Source: Pseudomonas aeruginosa PAO1
GTDB taxonomy: Bacteria > Pseudomonadota > Gammaproteobacteria > Pseudomonadales > Pseudomonadaceae
Direction: 5' to 3' (one strand)
DNA length: 64,000 bases
NCBI RefSeq assembly: GCF_000006765.1
Contig: NC_002516.2
Part shown: positions 16,332-30,511 of the stretch, piece by piece
How the letters are laid out: each line of letters starts with the position of its first letter
Position numbering within the stretch: position 1 is the first letter of the stretch
Program-made: the position numbers and the translations under genes
Notes under the pieces: model-generated
The model's input: only the letters and a program-made list of their open reading frames with translations
Told to the model about the DNA's origin: nothing
Databases searched by the model: none

Positions 16332-16961
16332 ATGCGCTTGTTCCGTTGCCTTGCCCTGCTGCTCTCACTGGCCGCCCCCGCGGCATTCGCCGGCGGTCCC
16401 TACCAGGTGGAACTGGTGGTGTTCCGCCAGGCCGGCGATGCCGTGCCGTCCAGCCAGCCGGCGCCGGACGACTGGGCCACCGGCGCACAGCCGCTGGCCA
16501 GCGACGCCCTGCGCGCCACCGCGCTCGACAACCAGCTCGCCAAGCTCAGCCAGGACAACGGCTACACCGTGCTGCTGCACAAGGCCTGGCGCCAGGACAT
16601 CGGCGAGACCCCGGTGAAGATCGCCCTCAGCGAAGGCCAGGAACAGGATCATCATTTCCCGGTGGAAGGTACGCTGACCCTCAGCCAGGTGCGCTTCGTC
16701 GACATGGAGGCCGATTTCTGGGTCAATCGCTTCGGCGACGACGGTTTCCTCGCCGGCAGCCAGCACATCAGGCAGGGCACGCGGCTGAAGAATGGCGAAC
16801 TGACCTATCTCGACCATCCGAGCCTGGGCATCCTGATCAAGGTGGTGCCGGTCGGCGCCCGTCCCGCCGCCCCCAATCCCATGGAAATGGAAGAACAGCA
16901 GGCACCGGCGGACGCGCCTCCCGTCGAAGGCGGTTTCGACGCCGCACCTCCTGCGCAATAG
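16332..16961 (+). CDS. Exported protein, CsiV (peptidoglycan-binding) family-like
   Basis: 209 aa with signal peptide (AFA). YQVELVVFR, VLLHKAWRQ, LKNGELTYLDHPSLGILI. Located 10 bp after mfd. Confidence 0.7.
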   Translation: MRLFRCLALLLSLAAPAAFAGGPYQVELVVFRQAGDAVPSSQPAPDDWATGAQPLASDALRATALDNQLAKLSQDNGYTVLLHKAWRQDIGETPVKIALSEGQEQDHHFPVEGTLTLSQVRFVDMEADFWVNRFGDDGFLAGSQHIRQGTRLKNGELTYLDHPSLGILIKVVPVGARPAAPNPMEMEEQQAPADAPPVEGGFDAAPPAQ

Positions 16962-16963
16962 CG

Positions 16964-16991
16964 AAAAAGGCCGCAATAGCGGCCTTTTTTT
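16964..16991. terminator. Bidirectional terminator
   Basis: AAAAAGGCCGC-AATA-GCGGCCTTTTTT between convergent genes. Confidence 0.92.
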
Positions 16992-17006
16992 CGTTGCGAT
17001 GGCCGC

Positions 17007-18754
<1,748 letters not shown>

Positions 18755-18912
18755 GAAAAGTCCTATGGCCTGGAAATCAGCGAAGCCCGCCGTCACGGGC
18801 CTCAGACAGCGCACACTGTACTGCACCCGGCAGAAAGACTTAAGTCCCGGGGCGGTACCGCGCGCCTGCCAATGGAGCCGGCCCGGCGCATGGAGTTCCG
18901 CCCGGAGCACAG

Positions 18913-18940
18913 AGAAAGGAGAAAGGAGAAAGGAGAAAGG
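18913..18940. repeat. Tandem repeat (AGAAAGG)x4
   Basis: Four perfect 7-mer units read directly from the sequence. Confidence 0.95.
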
Positions 18941-18963
18941 AAAACGGCGCCCTGGGGCGCCGT
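18941..18963 (-). terminator. psrA terminator
   Basis: ACGGCGCC-N4-GGCGCCGT stem followed on the minus strand by TTTTCC and the pyrimidine repeat. Confidence 0.85.
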
Positions 18964-18969
18964 CTGCGA

Positions 18970-19671
18970 TCAGGCCTTGGCGGGCGTCTTGTTCCGCGGG
19001 CGCAGTTGCGCCCCGGCCAGCAGCGGATCGTCGATGCCGCTCTCGGCGCGCATGCCGGCAGCGAAGAACGGCACCATCAGGTGCATCACCTGCTCGGTGG
19101 AAGTGTTCACGCCGAAATCGGTTTCCGCCATCGCCCGCAGGGCCTTGATCCCCGACATGCTGAAGGCGGCCGCGCCGAGCATGAAGTGCACGCGCCAGAA
19201 CAGCTCGATGGGCGGCAGCTTCGGCGCAGCCTCGTTGACCAGCAGCATGTAGCGCCGGAAGACCTTGCCGTAGACCTCCTCCAGGTACTTGCGCAGGTGC
19301 CCCTGGCTCTGGCTGAAGGCCAGGCCGAGCAAGCGCATGAAGATCGACAGGTCGTTGCCGCTGCGCGGCTTCACCGCCATCGCCTGGGACACCAGCAGGT
19401 GCAGGAGGTCCTCCAGGGTGGCGTGCTGGGCCTCGGGCTTGGCCTGGCGACGATCCAGCTCCTTTTCCAGGCTGGCGCAGAATGGCCCGAGGAAGCGCGA
19501 GAACACCGCCTGGATCAGCGCCTTCTTCGAACCGAAGTGATAATTCACCGCCGCCAGGTTGACCCCGGCCTTGCTGGTGATCAGACGCAACGAGGTTTCG
19601 GCGAAGCCTTTTTCCGCGAACAGCTGTTCCGCCGCATCGAGAATGCGTTCGACGGTTTCCGACTGGGCCAT
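18970..19671 (-). CDS. psrA: TetR-family regulator PsrA
   Basis: 233 aa from MAQSETVERILDAAEQLFAEKGF, TetR HTH. Located between nagZ and lexA. Confidence 0.93.
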   Translation of the reverse strand: MAQSETVERILDAAEQLFAEKGFAETSLRLITSKAGVNLAAVNYHFGSKKALIQAVFSRFLGPFCASLEKELDRRQAKPEAQHATLEDLLHLLVSQAMAVKPRSGNDLSIFMRLLGLAFSQSQGHLRKYLEEVYGKVFRRYMLLVNEAAPKLPPIELFWRVHFMLGAAAFSMSGIKALRAMAETDFGVNTSTEQVMHLMVPFFAAGMRAESGIDDPLLAGAQLRPRNKTPAKA

Positions 19672-19686
19672 GGTTTCTCCGCCTGA

Positions 19687-19713
19687 CAAACACTTGTTTG
19701 AAACATACGTTTC
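19687..19713. promoter_or_regulatory. Tandem PsrA operators (autorepression)
   Basis: CAAAC-ACTT-GTTTG (19687-19700) and GAAAC-ATAC-GTTTC (19700-19713) match the known G/CAAAC-N2-4-GTTTG/C consensus. Confidence 0.88.
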
Positions 19714-19731
19714 AGCCACATCCCTTGTCAA
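19702..19731 (-). promoter_or_regulatory. Candidate sigma70 promoter of psrA
   Basis: TTGACA (19731-19726)-N18-TATGTT (19707-19702). The -10 lies inside the PsrA operator. Confidence 0.6.
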
Positions 19732-19841
19732 GCGGCAGATGACGCACCAGTCAGGAAAATTACAGAGAAGTCCCGAAAAACGGAAGCAAGACACTGGCCA
19801 ACTTCATCGTGACGCAGGACGAAATGTCATGCGGAAAATCA

Positions 19842-19869
19842 TTGCCACGCCCCGCTCACTGTATATAAT
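19842..19869 (+). promoter_or_regulatory. sigma70 promoter of lexA-sulA
   Basis: TTGCCA-N16-TATAAT. Confidence 0.75.
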
Positions 19870-19874
19870 CCCAG
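19859..19874. promoter_or_regulatory. LexA (SOS) box 1
   Basis: CTGTATATAATCCCAG (CTG-N10-CAG), overlapping the -10. Confidence 0.93.
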
Positions 19875-19877
19875 TCA

Positions 19878-19893
19878 CTGGATAAAAACACAG
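19878..19893. promoter_or_regulatory. LexA (SOS) box 2
   Basis: CTGGATAAAAACACAG. Confidence 0.9.
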
Positions 19894-19902
19894 AGCGACG
19901 AC

Positions 19903-20517
19903 ATGCAGAAGCTGACGCCCCGCCAAGCCGAGATCCTCTCCTTCATCAAGCGCTGCCTGGAAGACCACGGCTTTCCGCCGACCCGGGCGGAAATCGCCCA
20001 GGAACTCGGCTTCAAGTCGCCGAACGCCGCCGAGGAGCACCTCAAGGCGCTGGCACGCAAGGGCGCCATCGAAATGACTCCGGGCGCCTCTCGCGGCATC
20101 CGCATTCCCGGCTTCGAACCGCATGCCGCCAACGACGATGAGGGCCTGCCGGTGATCGGACGGGTCGCCGCCGGCGCACCGATCCTCGCCGAACAGAACA
20201 TCGAGGAATCCTGCCGTATCAATCCCGCCTTCTTCAATCCTCGCGCCGACTACCTGTTGCGCGTGCGCGGCATGAGCATGAAGGACATCGGCATCCTCGA
20301 CGGCGACCTGCTGGCCGTCCACGTCACCCGCGAAGCGCGCAACGGCCAGGTGGTGGTCGCGCGGATCGGCGAGGAGGTCACGGTGAAACGCTTCAAGCGC
20401 GAAGGCAGCAAGGTCTGGCTGCTGGCGGAAAACCCTGAGTTCGCTCCGATCGAAGTCGATCTGAAGGAGCAGGAACTGATCATCGAAGGCTTGAGCGTCG
20501 GCGTGATCCGGCGCTGA
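19903..20517 (+). CDS. lexA: SOS repressor LexA
   Basis: 204 aa. PPTRAEIA wHTH, Ala-Gly cleavage site in VAAGAP, GMSM (Ser) and TVKR (Lys). Confidence 0.99.
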   Translation: MQKLTPRQAEILSFIKRCLEDHGFPPTRAEIAQELGFKSPNAAEEHLKALARKGAIEMTPGASRGIRIPGFEPHAANDDEGLPVIGRVAAGAPILAEQNIEESCRINPAFFNPRADYLLRVRGMSMKDIGILDGDLLAVHVTREARNGQVVVARIGEEVTVKRFKREGSKVWLLAENPEFAPIEVDLKEQELIIEGLSVGVIRR

Positions 20518-20528
20518 CAGGAGATACC

Positions 20529-21014
20529 ATGCAGACCTCCCACTCGCTGCCCAGCGCCCAGTTGCCACTGTTCCAGGAAGCGTTCTGGGCCAGCAACGGC
20601 GCACCCTTGCTCGACGATGTCATCGACAGCCCTTCCAGCGCCTCCATTGAGGAACCCGCTGCCTTTAGCGAACTTTCGCTCAGCGGCCTGCCGGGGCACT
20701 GCCTGACCCTGCTCGCACCGATTCTCCGCGAGCTCAGCGAGGAACAGGATGCCCGCTGGCTGACCCTGATCGCTCCGCCGGCGAGCCTGACCCATGAATG
20801 GCTGCGCCGCGCCGGCCTGAACCGCGAGCGCATCCTGCTACTGCAGGCGAAGGACAACGCCGCTGCCCTGGCGCTCAGTTGCGAGGCCTTGCGCCTGGGC
20901 CGCAGCCACACCGTGGTCAGTTGGCTGGAACCGCTGAGCCGGGCGGCGCGCAAGCAACTGTCCCGCGCCGCCCAACTGGGCCAAGCACAGAGCCTGAATA
21001 TTCGTCTGGGTTGA
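20529..21014 (+). CDS. sulA: SOS cell division inhibitor SulA
   Basis: 161 aa. RWLTLIAPP, ALRLGRSHTVVSWL. Located 11 bp after lexA. Confidence 0.93.
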   Translation: MQTSHSLPSAQLPLFQEAFWASNGAPLLDDVIDSPSSASIEEPAAFSELSLSGLPGHCLTLLAPILRELSEEQDARWLTLIAPPASLTHEWLRRAGLNRERILLLQAKDNAAALALSCEALRLGRSHTVVSWLEPLSRAARKQLSRAAQLGQAQSLNIRLG

Positions 21015-21035
21015 AAAAACGGCGGGGGACAGCGT

Positions 21036-21269
21036 TCAGTGCAGGACGCGGGGGCCTTCGTCGTGTTCCATCTCGCCCTCGGCAAGACGACCGGCCATTT
21101 GCACGCCGACATTGAACATGGCCTTGGCCACTTCGACATGCTGGCCTTGCAGGAAATTCTTCGCGTCCCCGGAGAACTCCAGGGTCACCAACGCCTCCTC
21201 GTCATCGGCGCGACGCAGCACGATGCGCCCGTCGGGCATTTCTACGATTTCAAGGAAGGATGTTGGCAT
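21036..21269 (-). CDS. Conserved small hypothetical protein
   Basis: 77 aa acidic ORF with typical codon usage (MPTSFLEIVEMPDGRIVLRR). Confidence 0.8.
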   Translation of the reverse strand: MPTSFLEIVEMPDGRIVLRRADDEEALVTLEFSGDAKNFLQGQHVEVAKAMFNVGVQMAGRLAEGEMEHDEGPRVLH

Positions 21270-21430
21270 GACAGACGCTCTCTACGAAGACGCGACATTG
21301 TAACAGCCCATCCAGTGCATCCCTAGCCCGCATCCGCCTTCCGGCTCCCCTCTCGCGCCTGTAACGGCGGTTCCAGAGCGCCCGGACGGCATCCGCTAAA
21401 TTTTTTTGCTGGCAAATCAACCGAGTGGAA

Positions 21431-21451
21431 CGGTAGGAAAATGTCCTACCG
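21431..21451. other. Inverted repeat (terminator or operator)
   Basis: CGGTAGGA-AAATG-TCCTACCG, a perfect 8-bp stem without a good U-tract. Confidence 0.7.
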
Positions 21452-21474
21452 CTGATCGGCGAATGACGACGGCG

Positions 21475-21993
21475 TTACAGCTCCGTCAGGCTCTCGCGAA
21501 AACGCAGGACCAATTGCTTCAGCGACTGCCGCCATTCCTCGAGGGTTTCGCGAGAAAGCAAGGGGGCTTCTTCGTCGATACTCACGGCAACGATCAACGG
21601 TGTGCTGGGGTCGATCTTCGCTGCCTTGGTCGGTCGCGGCGGCAGGAACAGCTCGGAGTAGGCGCCCAGCAACTGGCCCAGCCAGGTTTCCGGCTGCGAC
21701 GCCAACTCCACCAGTTCAGCCAGCTCGGGGCTGGGCGCGGCCGCCAGCACTTCGGCATTCAGCAATGCATCCACGCGAGGAGCGGCAGCCTGCGGCAGAC
21801 GGTAGTAACCGGCGATCTCATGGCATACACCGAGCACTGCGCCATAAAGGTGGAACAGCGCCGACTCGCGCTCCCCCTGGATGATCGCCTGGGCATTCAT
21901 CGCCCGCTCGGCATCGGCTCGCTTCCAGGCCTCCAGAGCCAACCCGGCGAAATACAGCTTCTGGTTGGTGCGGGTATAAAGCTCTTGGGCCAT
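21475..21993 (-). CDS. Conserved hypothetical protein (DUF6586-like)
   Basis: 172 aa ORF starting MAQELYTRTNQKLYFAGL, downstream of topA. Confidence 0.78.
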   Translation of the reverse strand: MAQELYTRTNQKLYFAGLALEAWKRADAERAMNAQAIIQGERESALFHLYGAVLGVCHEIAGYYRLPQAAAPRVDALLNAEVLAAAPSPELAELVELASQPETWLGQLLGAYSELFLPPRPTKAAKIDPSTPLIVAVSIDEEAPLLSRETLEEWRQSLKQLVLRFRESLTEL

Positions 21994-22099
21994 GCCGGTA
22001 CTCCCGATTAAAACTGGAAGGAATGCGGAGCGCAGGCCAGGTCAGCGCCCGGCCTTCGCGCAGTATAAGCGCGCCCCATGCAAGCGGGCGCGCCATCCA

Positions 22100-24706
22100 T
22101 CAGCGCTTGTCTTCGACCTTCCACTTGCCGCCATCGTAGAAGGCGCGCCAGCCGGTGGGCTTGCCATCGACCTCGGACTGCACGTATTGCTCCTTGGTCT
22201 TGCGGCTGAAACGGATCACCGCGGGACGGCCGTCCGGGTCTTTCTGCGGGGCGTCGCAGAGGTAATGGTACTTGGGATCCAGCTCGGCCTTGTGCGGGAT
22301 GATCTCGCTCACCAACGGCGCGCGGGTCTCGCGGTTCTTCGGGAACTGGCTGGCGGCCAGGAACATGCCCGAAGCGCCGTCGCGCAGCACGTAGATATCG
22401 TCCACCTTCTCGCACTTCAATTCAGGCATGCGGATGGCGTCCATCTTCGGCGGCGCCGCCTCGCCATTCTTCAGCAGCTTGCGGGTGTTCTTGCAGGTCG
22501 GATTGGTGCAACCGAAGAACTTGCCGAAACGGCCGGTCTTCAACTGCATCTCGCTGCCACACTTGTCGCATTCCAGGCTCGGCCCTTCGTAGCCCTTGAT
22601 CCGGTACTGGCCTTCCTCGATCTCGTAGCCCGGACAGTCGGGGTTGTTGCCGCAGATATGCAGCTTGTGTTTCTCGTCCAGCAGGTAGGCGTCCATCGCG
22701 GTACTGCAGATCGGGCAGCGATGCTTGCCACGCAACACCCGCGACTCGGACTCGCCCTCGTCGTCCGCGGCGATCTCGTCGCCGGGAATCAGGTTGACGG
22801 TCGCCTTGCAACGCTCCTTCGGCGGCAGGCTGTAGCCCGAGCAGCCGAGGAACACGCCGGTGGAGGCGGTACGAATCATCATCGGCCGGCCGCACTCGCG
22901 GCAGGGAATGTTGGTCAGGGTCGGCTGGTTGGCGCGCATCCCCTTCTCGCTGACTTCGGCCACCTCGAGCTTCTTCTTGAAATCGCCGTAGAACTCGTCG
23001 AGCAGGTGCTTCCAGTCGCGCTCGCCCTGGGCCACGTCGTCGAGATGCTCCTCCATCCCGGCGGTGAAACCGTAGTCCATCAGGTTGGCGAAGCTCTCGT
23101 TGAGCCGATCGGTGACGATGTCGCCCATCTTCTCCGCATAGAAGCGGCGGTTGTGGGTGGTTACGTAGCCGCGCTCCTGGATGGTGGAGATGATCGCCGC
23201 GTAGGTCGAGGGGCGGCCGATACCGCGCTTCTCCAGTTCCTTGACCAGGCTCGCTTCGGAGTAGCGCGCCGGCGGCTTGGTGAAGTGCTGGCTCGGATCG
23301 AGCTTGATCAGCTTGAGGTTCTCGCCTTCCTTCATTTCCGGCAGGACGTCGTCCTCGCCCGGCTTGCTCTGCTGCGGCAGTACCCGGGTATAACCGTCGA
23401 ACTTGAGGATGCGGCCCTTGGCGCGCAGCTCGAAATCGCCGGCGGTGACGCTCACGCTGGTCGAGAGGTATTCGGCCGGGGTCATCTGGCACGCCACGAA
23501 CTGGCGCCAGATCAGGTCGTACAGGCGCTCGGCGTCACGCTCCATGCCGGACAGCTGGGTCGGCTTGAGGTTGACGTCGGAAGGACGGATCGCCTCGTGC
23601 GCTTCCTGGGCGCCCTCCTTGCTCGAGTAGACGTTGGCCTTGCCCGGCAGGTACTTCTGGCCGAACTCGTCCTCGATGAAACCGCGGACCATGCCAATGG
23701 CATCGGCCGACAGGTTGGTCGAGTCGGTACGCATGTAGGTGATGTAGCCGGCCTCGTAGAGACGCTGGGCCATCATCATGGTCTTCTTCACCCCGAAGCC
23801 CAGGCGGTTGCTCGCCGCCTGCTGCAGGGTGGAAGTGATGAACGGCGCCGAGGGTCGGCTGGAGGTCGGCCGGTCCTCGCGCTTGGCGACGCTATAGGCC
23901 GAGGCCTTGAGCTTTTCCAGGGCCGCCATGGCCTGGGCTTCGTTGAGCGGCTTGAAGGCCTCGCCCTTCTCACGGGTAACCTCGAAGCGCACGTTGGCGC
24001 CCTTGGCGGTACCGAGGTCGGCATGCACTTCCCAGTACTCTTCCGGGACGAAGGCGCGAATCTCGCGTTCGCGCTCCACCACCAGCTTCACCGCCACCGA
24101 CTGCACGCGGCCGGCGGACAACCCACGGGCAATCTTCTGCCAGAGCAGCGGCGAGACCATGTAGCCGACCACGCGGTCGAGGAAACGCCGCGCCTGCTGG
24201 GCGTTCACCCGGTTGATATCGAGCTCGCCGGGCTGGGAGAAGGCCTCCTGGATGGCCTTCTTGGTGATTTCGTTGAATACCACGCGCTTGTAGCGGCTTT
24301 CGTCGCCGCCGATGGCTTCCCGCAGGTGCCAGGCGATGGCCTCCCCTTCGCGGTCCAAGTCGGTCGCGAGATAGACGGTGTCGGCGTCCTTGGCCAGGCG
24401 GCGCAGCTCGTCGATGACCTTTTCCTTGCCGGGCAGGATCTCGTACTTGGCCTTCCAGCCATGCTCGGGGTCGACCCCCATGCGCGAGACCAGTTGGCGC
24501 CTGGCCTTCTCCTTCGGTGACAGCGCCGGCGCCTCGGAGGCGCTCTTGCGGCCCTTGGCCGCCGGCTCCTTGGAACTCGACGAACCACTGGTGGGCAGGT
24601 CACGGATGTGGCCGATGCTCGACTTCACCACGTACTGGCTGCCCAGGTACTTGTTGATGGTCTTGGCCTTGGCCGGGGATTCCACGATGACCAGCGATTT
24701 ACCCAT
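22100..24706 (-). CDS. topA: DNA topoisomerase I
   Basis: 868 aa. [30 protein letters not shown], catalytic [10 protein letters not shown]-terminal Zn ribbons. Confidence 0.99.
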   Translation of the reverse strand: MGKSLVIVESPAKAKTINKYLGSQYVVKSSIGHIRDLPTSGSSSSKEPAAKGRKSASEAPALSPKEKARRQLVSRMGVDPEHGWKAKYEILPGKEKVIDELRRLAKDADTVYLATDLDREGEAIAWHLREAIGGDESRYKRVVFNEITKKAIQEAFSQPGELDINRVNAQQARRFLDRVVGYMVSPLLWQKIARGLSAGRVQSVAVKLVVEREREIRAFVPEEYWEVHADLGTAKGANVRFEVTREKGEAFKPLNEAQAMAALEKLKASAYSVAKREDRPTSSRPSAPFITSTLQQAASNRLGFGVKKTMMMAQRLYEAGYITYMRTDSTNLSADAIGMVRGFIEDEFGQKYLPGKANVYSSKEGAQEAHEAIRPSDVNLKPTQLSGMERDAERLYDLIWRQFVACQMTPAEYLSTSVSVTAGDFELRAKGRILKFDGYTRVLPQQSKPGEDDVLPEMKEGENLKLIKLDPSQHFTKPPARYSEASLVKELEKRGIGRPSTYAAIISTIQERGYVTTHNRRFYAEKMGDIVTDRLNESFANLMDYGFTAGMEEHLDDVAQGERDWKHLLDEFYGDFKKKLEVAEVSEKGMRANQPTLTNIPCRECGRPMMIRTASTGVFLGCSGYSLPPKERCKATVNLIPGDEIAADDEGESESRVLRGKHRCPICSTAMDAYLLDEKHKLHICGNNPDCPGYEIEEGQYRIKGYEGPSLECDKCGSEMQLKTGRFGKFFGCTNPTCKNTRKLLKNGEAAPPKMDAIRMPELKCEKVDDIYVLRDGASGMFLAASQFPKNRETRAPLVSEIIPHKAELDPKYHYLCDAPQKDPDGRPAVIRFSRKTKEQYVQSEVDGKPTGWRAFYDGGKWKVEDKR

Positions 24707-24770
24707 GGATCGGAAGGTTCCTGCGTCGAAAAGATGAATATAAAGGAGGGAGCGACTAGCGCGGCACCGC

Positions 24771-24800
24771 TATATATAGTGGCGAACGAGCCAAGGTCAA
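24771..24800 (-). promoter_or_regulatory. Candidate sigma70 promoter of topA
   Basis: TTGACC (24800-24795) with TATATA at 16- or 18-bp spacing inside CTATATATAG. Confidence 0.55.
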
Positions 24801-25060
24801 GCGCGGTCTTCCCCGCCGGGAGCTTTCTGCAAGCCCAGGGGATCGGCCTCGGGACTCACCAGGACGAAGCGCGGCACCCACTCGCCATCGACCTCCACGG
24901 CCTCGGTGAACATCTCCAGCGGACGCACCCAGAGACCGAATTCGCCGTACAGCGCCTGGTAGATCACCAGCGCCTCTTCCGTCTCCGAATGCCGCGCGAC
25001 ACCCAGGACCCGGTAGTTCTGTCCCTTGTAATGACGATAGAGCCCAGCCTGCAGGTCCAT
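24797..25060 (-). CDS. DUF1653 family protein
   Basis: 87 aa from MDLQAGLYRHYKG with RBS AAGGA. HSETEE and LWVRPLEMF motifs. Confidence 0.85.
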   Translation of the reverse strand: MDLQAGLYRHYKGQNYRVLGVARHSETEEALVIYQALYGEFGLWVRPLEMFTEAVEVDGEWVPRFVLVSPEADPLGLQKAPGGEDRA

Positions 25061-25209
25061 GTTCCTTACCTTGTCTCGAAAATCGGAAAACAACGGCACA
25101 ATGCCGACATACAACAGCCCGGTATAGGCACGGATCGCACAATAGGCAAACCCGCGCTCCCGGGGCGTCATTCGCTCGATACAGCCGGAAACGACTGACA
25201 CTGAAAAAC

Positions 25210-25238
25210 GAAAGCCGGGGCACGAGGCCCCGGCTTTC
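25210..25238 (-). terminator. Terminator hairpin of fadBA
   Basis: GAAAGCCGGGGC-ACGAG-GCCCCGGCTTTC, then GTTTTT on the minus strand. Confidence 0.85.
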
Positions 25239-25253
25239 CCCTTCGACGAACGC

Positions 25254-26444
<1,191 letters not shown>

Positions 26445-26459
26445 CTAGTCGTTCCGCGA

Positions 26460-28607
<2,148 letters not shown>

Positions 28608-28757
28608 CAACTGATCTCCACGCTATTATGGAAGCTTGAACTTACACATCGGACGCCGTGTCGGGACCCTTTCGGCAACCGCCGAGCATAGTCCCAAACC
28701 CTTCGGCACACCCGCCGACGCGATAACCGGGTCTCTATTGTCGAGGCCTGCGCGAGG

Positions 28758-28784
28758 CAAACGCTCGATTCATACGCCCGTTTG
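28758..28784. promoter_or_regulatory. Tandem PsrA-type operator upstream of fadBA
   Basis: CAAAC-GCTC-GATTC / CATAC-GCCC-GTTTG share C28771. PsrA repression of fadBA is established. Confidence 0.75.
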
Positions 28785-28798
28785 ACTTGGGTGCGCAC

Positions 28799-28827
28799 AC
28801 ATTCCGGCAAAAGCCGGGAATTGTCAA
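28799..28827 (-). promoter_or_regulatory. Candidate sigma70 promoter of fadBA
   Basis: TTGACA (28827-28822)-N17-GAATGT (28804-28799). Confidence 0.55.
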
Positions 28828-29005
28828 TCAGCCATCCGGAAAACACCTGCCCTCCTCCAGGCCCTCTGCGCAGGGCCATTCAGCCAGCCTCTGTCGTACC
28901 ATTCAGATGTTCGATGATCGGCGCCGTGGGCGCTTGTCCCGGTGCGGAAAGGCAGGCTAGAGTCGCCGCAGATCGCCATGCATGATCGGCCACGGGCCGT
29001 TACAA

Positions 29006-29019
29006 AAGAACAACAAGAA
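29006..29019 (+). promoter_or_regulatory. A-rich CA/(ARN)n motif, candidate Hfq/Crc site
   Basis: AAGAACAACAAGAA about 30 nt upstream of ATG 29050. Confidence 0.6.
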
Positions 29020-29049
29020 GGCCTCCAGGGCCACATGGAGATGGAACCC

Positions 29050-29853
29050 ATGATCTGCCGTCCGTTCACTCTTTGTCTGGCCCTGCTCGGCCTGCTGAGC
29101 CTCCCCGTCTTCGCGGCAGGGACCGCCGATGACCTGCTCGCCCTGCACCAGATGCGGCTCGCCACGCAGAAATCCCTGAACGCCTTCTTCATGTACGTCG
29201 GCCAGGAAGGCGATCAACGCTACGCCAGCCTGATCGAAAGCTCGGCGCAGACGGCGGAAGCCCGCCTGCAGCGACTCGACGGCGTGAACGGCAGCGAATC
29301 CCGGCGCCTGCTGGGCCAGCTTCGCGAGCAATGGCGGGACTATGCGCAAGACCTCGACAAGCTGACCGGCGCGGTGCGCAACAAGGGCTACAGCGACCTG
29401 CAACCGGTCGCCGACCTGGCACGACGCAACCAGCAACTGATGGACCTCGGCGGCCAGTTGTATCGCAGCCTGCAACGGGAAAACGCCGCCACGGTGCCGA
29501 CGCTCACCGAGCAGAGCCGCGAACAGAGCCTGCTGATGCAGGACATTGCTCTGGACTATGCCTCGCGCAACGCGTCGGTGGGCGCCAGCTTCTTCGGCGG
29601 CGGCGAGGAGCGTCCACTGGACGACCTGGCCAGCCGCTTTTCGGTCAACCTGTTGAAGCTGCAGCAGGCGCCGCAGAACGACGAGGAGATAGCCAGGGCG
29701 CTGCGCAGCGTGGCGATCAAGTGGCACTACATCGAGAAGTCCCTGCGCAACTACAACCAGAACAGCGTGCCGTTCCTGGTCAACAAGAATGCAGACCGGA
29801 TCATCGATGGCCTGGAGAAGGTCGCCGCGCTGTATGCCGCGCGCAACCAATGA
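29050..29853 (+). CDS. Exported hypothetical protein, possibly tandem NarX/PilJ-like helical domains
   Basis: 267 aa from MICRPFTLCLALLGLLSLPVFA (signal peptide). Product assignment is weak. Confidence 0.7.
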   Translation: MICRPFTLCLALLGLLSLPVFAAGTADDLLALHQMRLATQKSLNAFFMYVGQEGDQRYASLIESSAQTAEARLQRLDGVNGSESRRLLGQLREQWRDYAQDLDKLTGAVRNKGYSDLQPVADLARRNQQLMDLGGQLYRSLQRENAATVPTLTEQSREQSLLMQDIALDYASRNASVGASFFGGGEERPLDDLASRFSVNLLKLQQAPQNDEEIARALRSVAIKWHYIEKSLRNYNQNSVPFLVNKNADRIIDGLEKVAALYAARNQ

Positions 29854-29869
29854 ACCTCGGCGCGCCGCC

Positions 29870-30304
29870 TCAGGCGCGCTGGCGGAGAAACTCGGCGATG
29901 CGCCCGAGGTCGGCGCTATCGCCGCGCTCGCCCCAATACAGGGCAAGGAACTGGGCGGTCGCCTCCACCTTGTAGACATCCCCGGGGAGGCTGCGCAGGG
30001 CGTCCAGCAACTCATCGTCCGCGCACGGCTCGCGCCACTGGTTCAGCCACTGGCCCGGGGTATTCTGCCAATAGCACCAGGCCTCCCGGCCGCGTCGGCG
30101 CGGGCAGTGGAACTGCGCGCAGGACGTCGGCGGAGCGCTCTCCAGCCAATGCGGCCAATCCTGGCGCGCGAGCTGCATGGCCAGGCCGAGACGGCGCGCC
30201 TCGAGGCGCAGGGCCATCTTGCCGCGCTGCCTGTTGGACGGCATCAGCCAGGCCAGGGGACTGAGCATGACAGCCAGCAGCAGGATCACCAGCCAAGTGG
30301 TCAT
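29870..30304 (-). CDS. Membrane-anchored hypothetical protein
   Basis: 144 aa with N-terminal TM (WLVILLLAVMLSPLAWL). Confidence 0.78.
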   Translation of the reverse strand: MTTWLVILLLAVMLSPLAWLMPSNRQRGKMALRLEARRLGLAMQLARQDWPHWLESAPPTSCAQFHCPRRRGREAWCYWQNTPGQWLNQWREPCADDELLDALRSLPGDVYKVEATAQFLALYWGERGDSADLGRIAEFLRQRA

Positions 30305-30511
30305 AAGGAACGGACACTCGAAAAACGGTTAAGGCATTTGCCTCGATCCGCGCGCGCAGGCAGGATCGGTCGCAGTCGCCAAGGGAGGCGCAGTTTACAG
30401 GCGAATGCGACCACGGCGGAGCAGCTTTTTGCCCAGCGCAACGGAACAGGTTCCACGCGCGGCGCGAAAGTCCATAATGAAAACACTATCCCCTTCTGGG
30501 AGGAGACGTTC

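Noticed and set aside
18913-18940. Repeat as CRISPR
   Set aside because: 7-mer tandem with no spacers and no cas genes.
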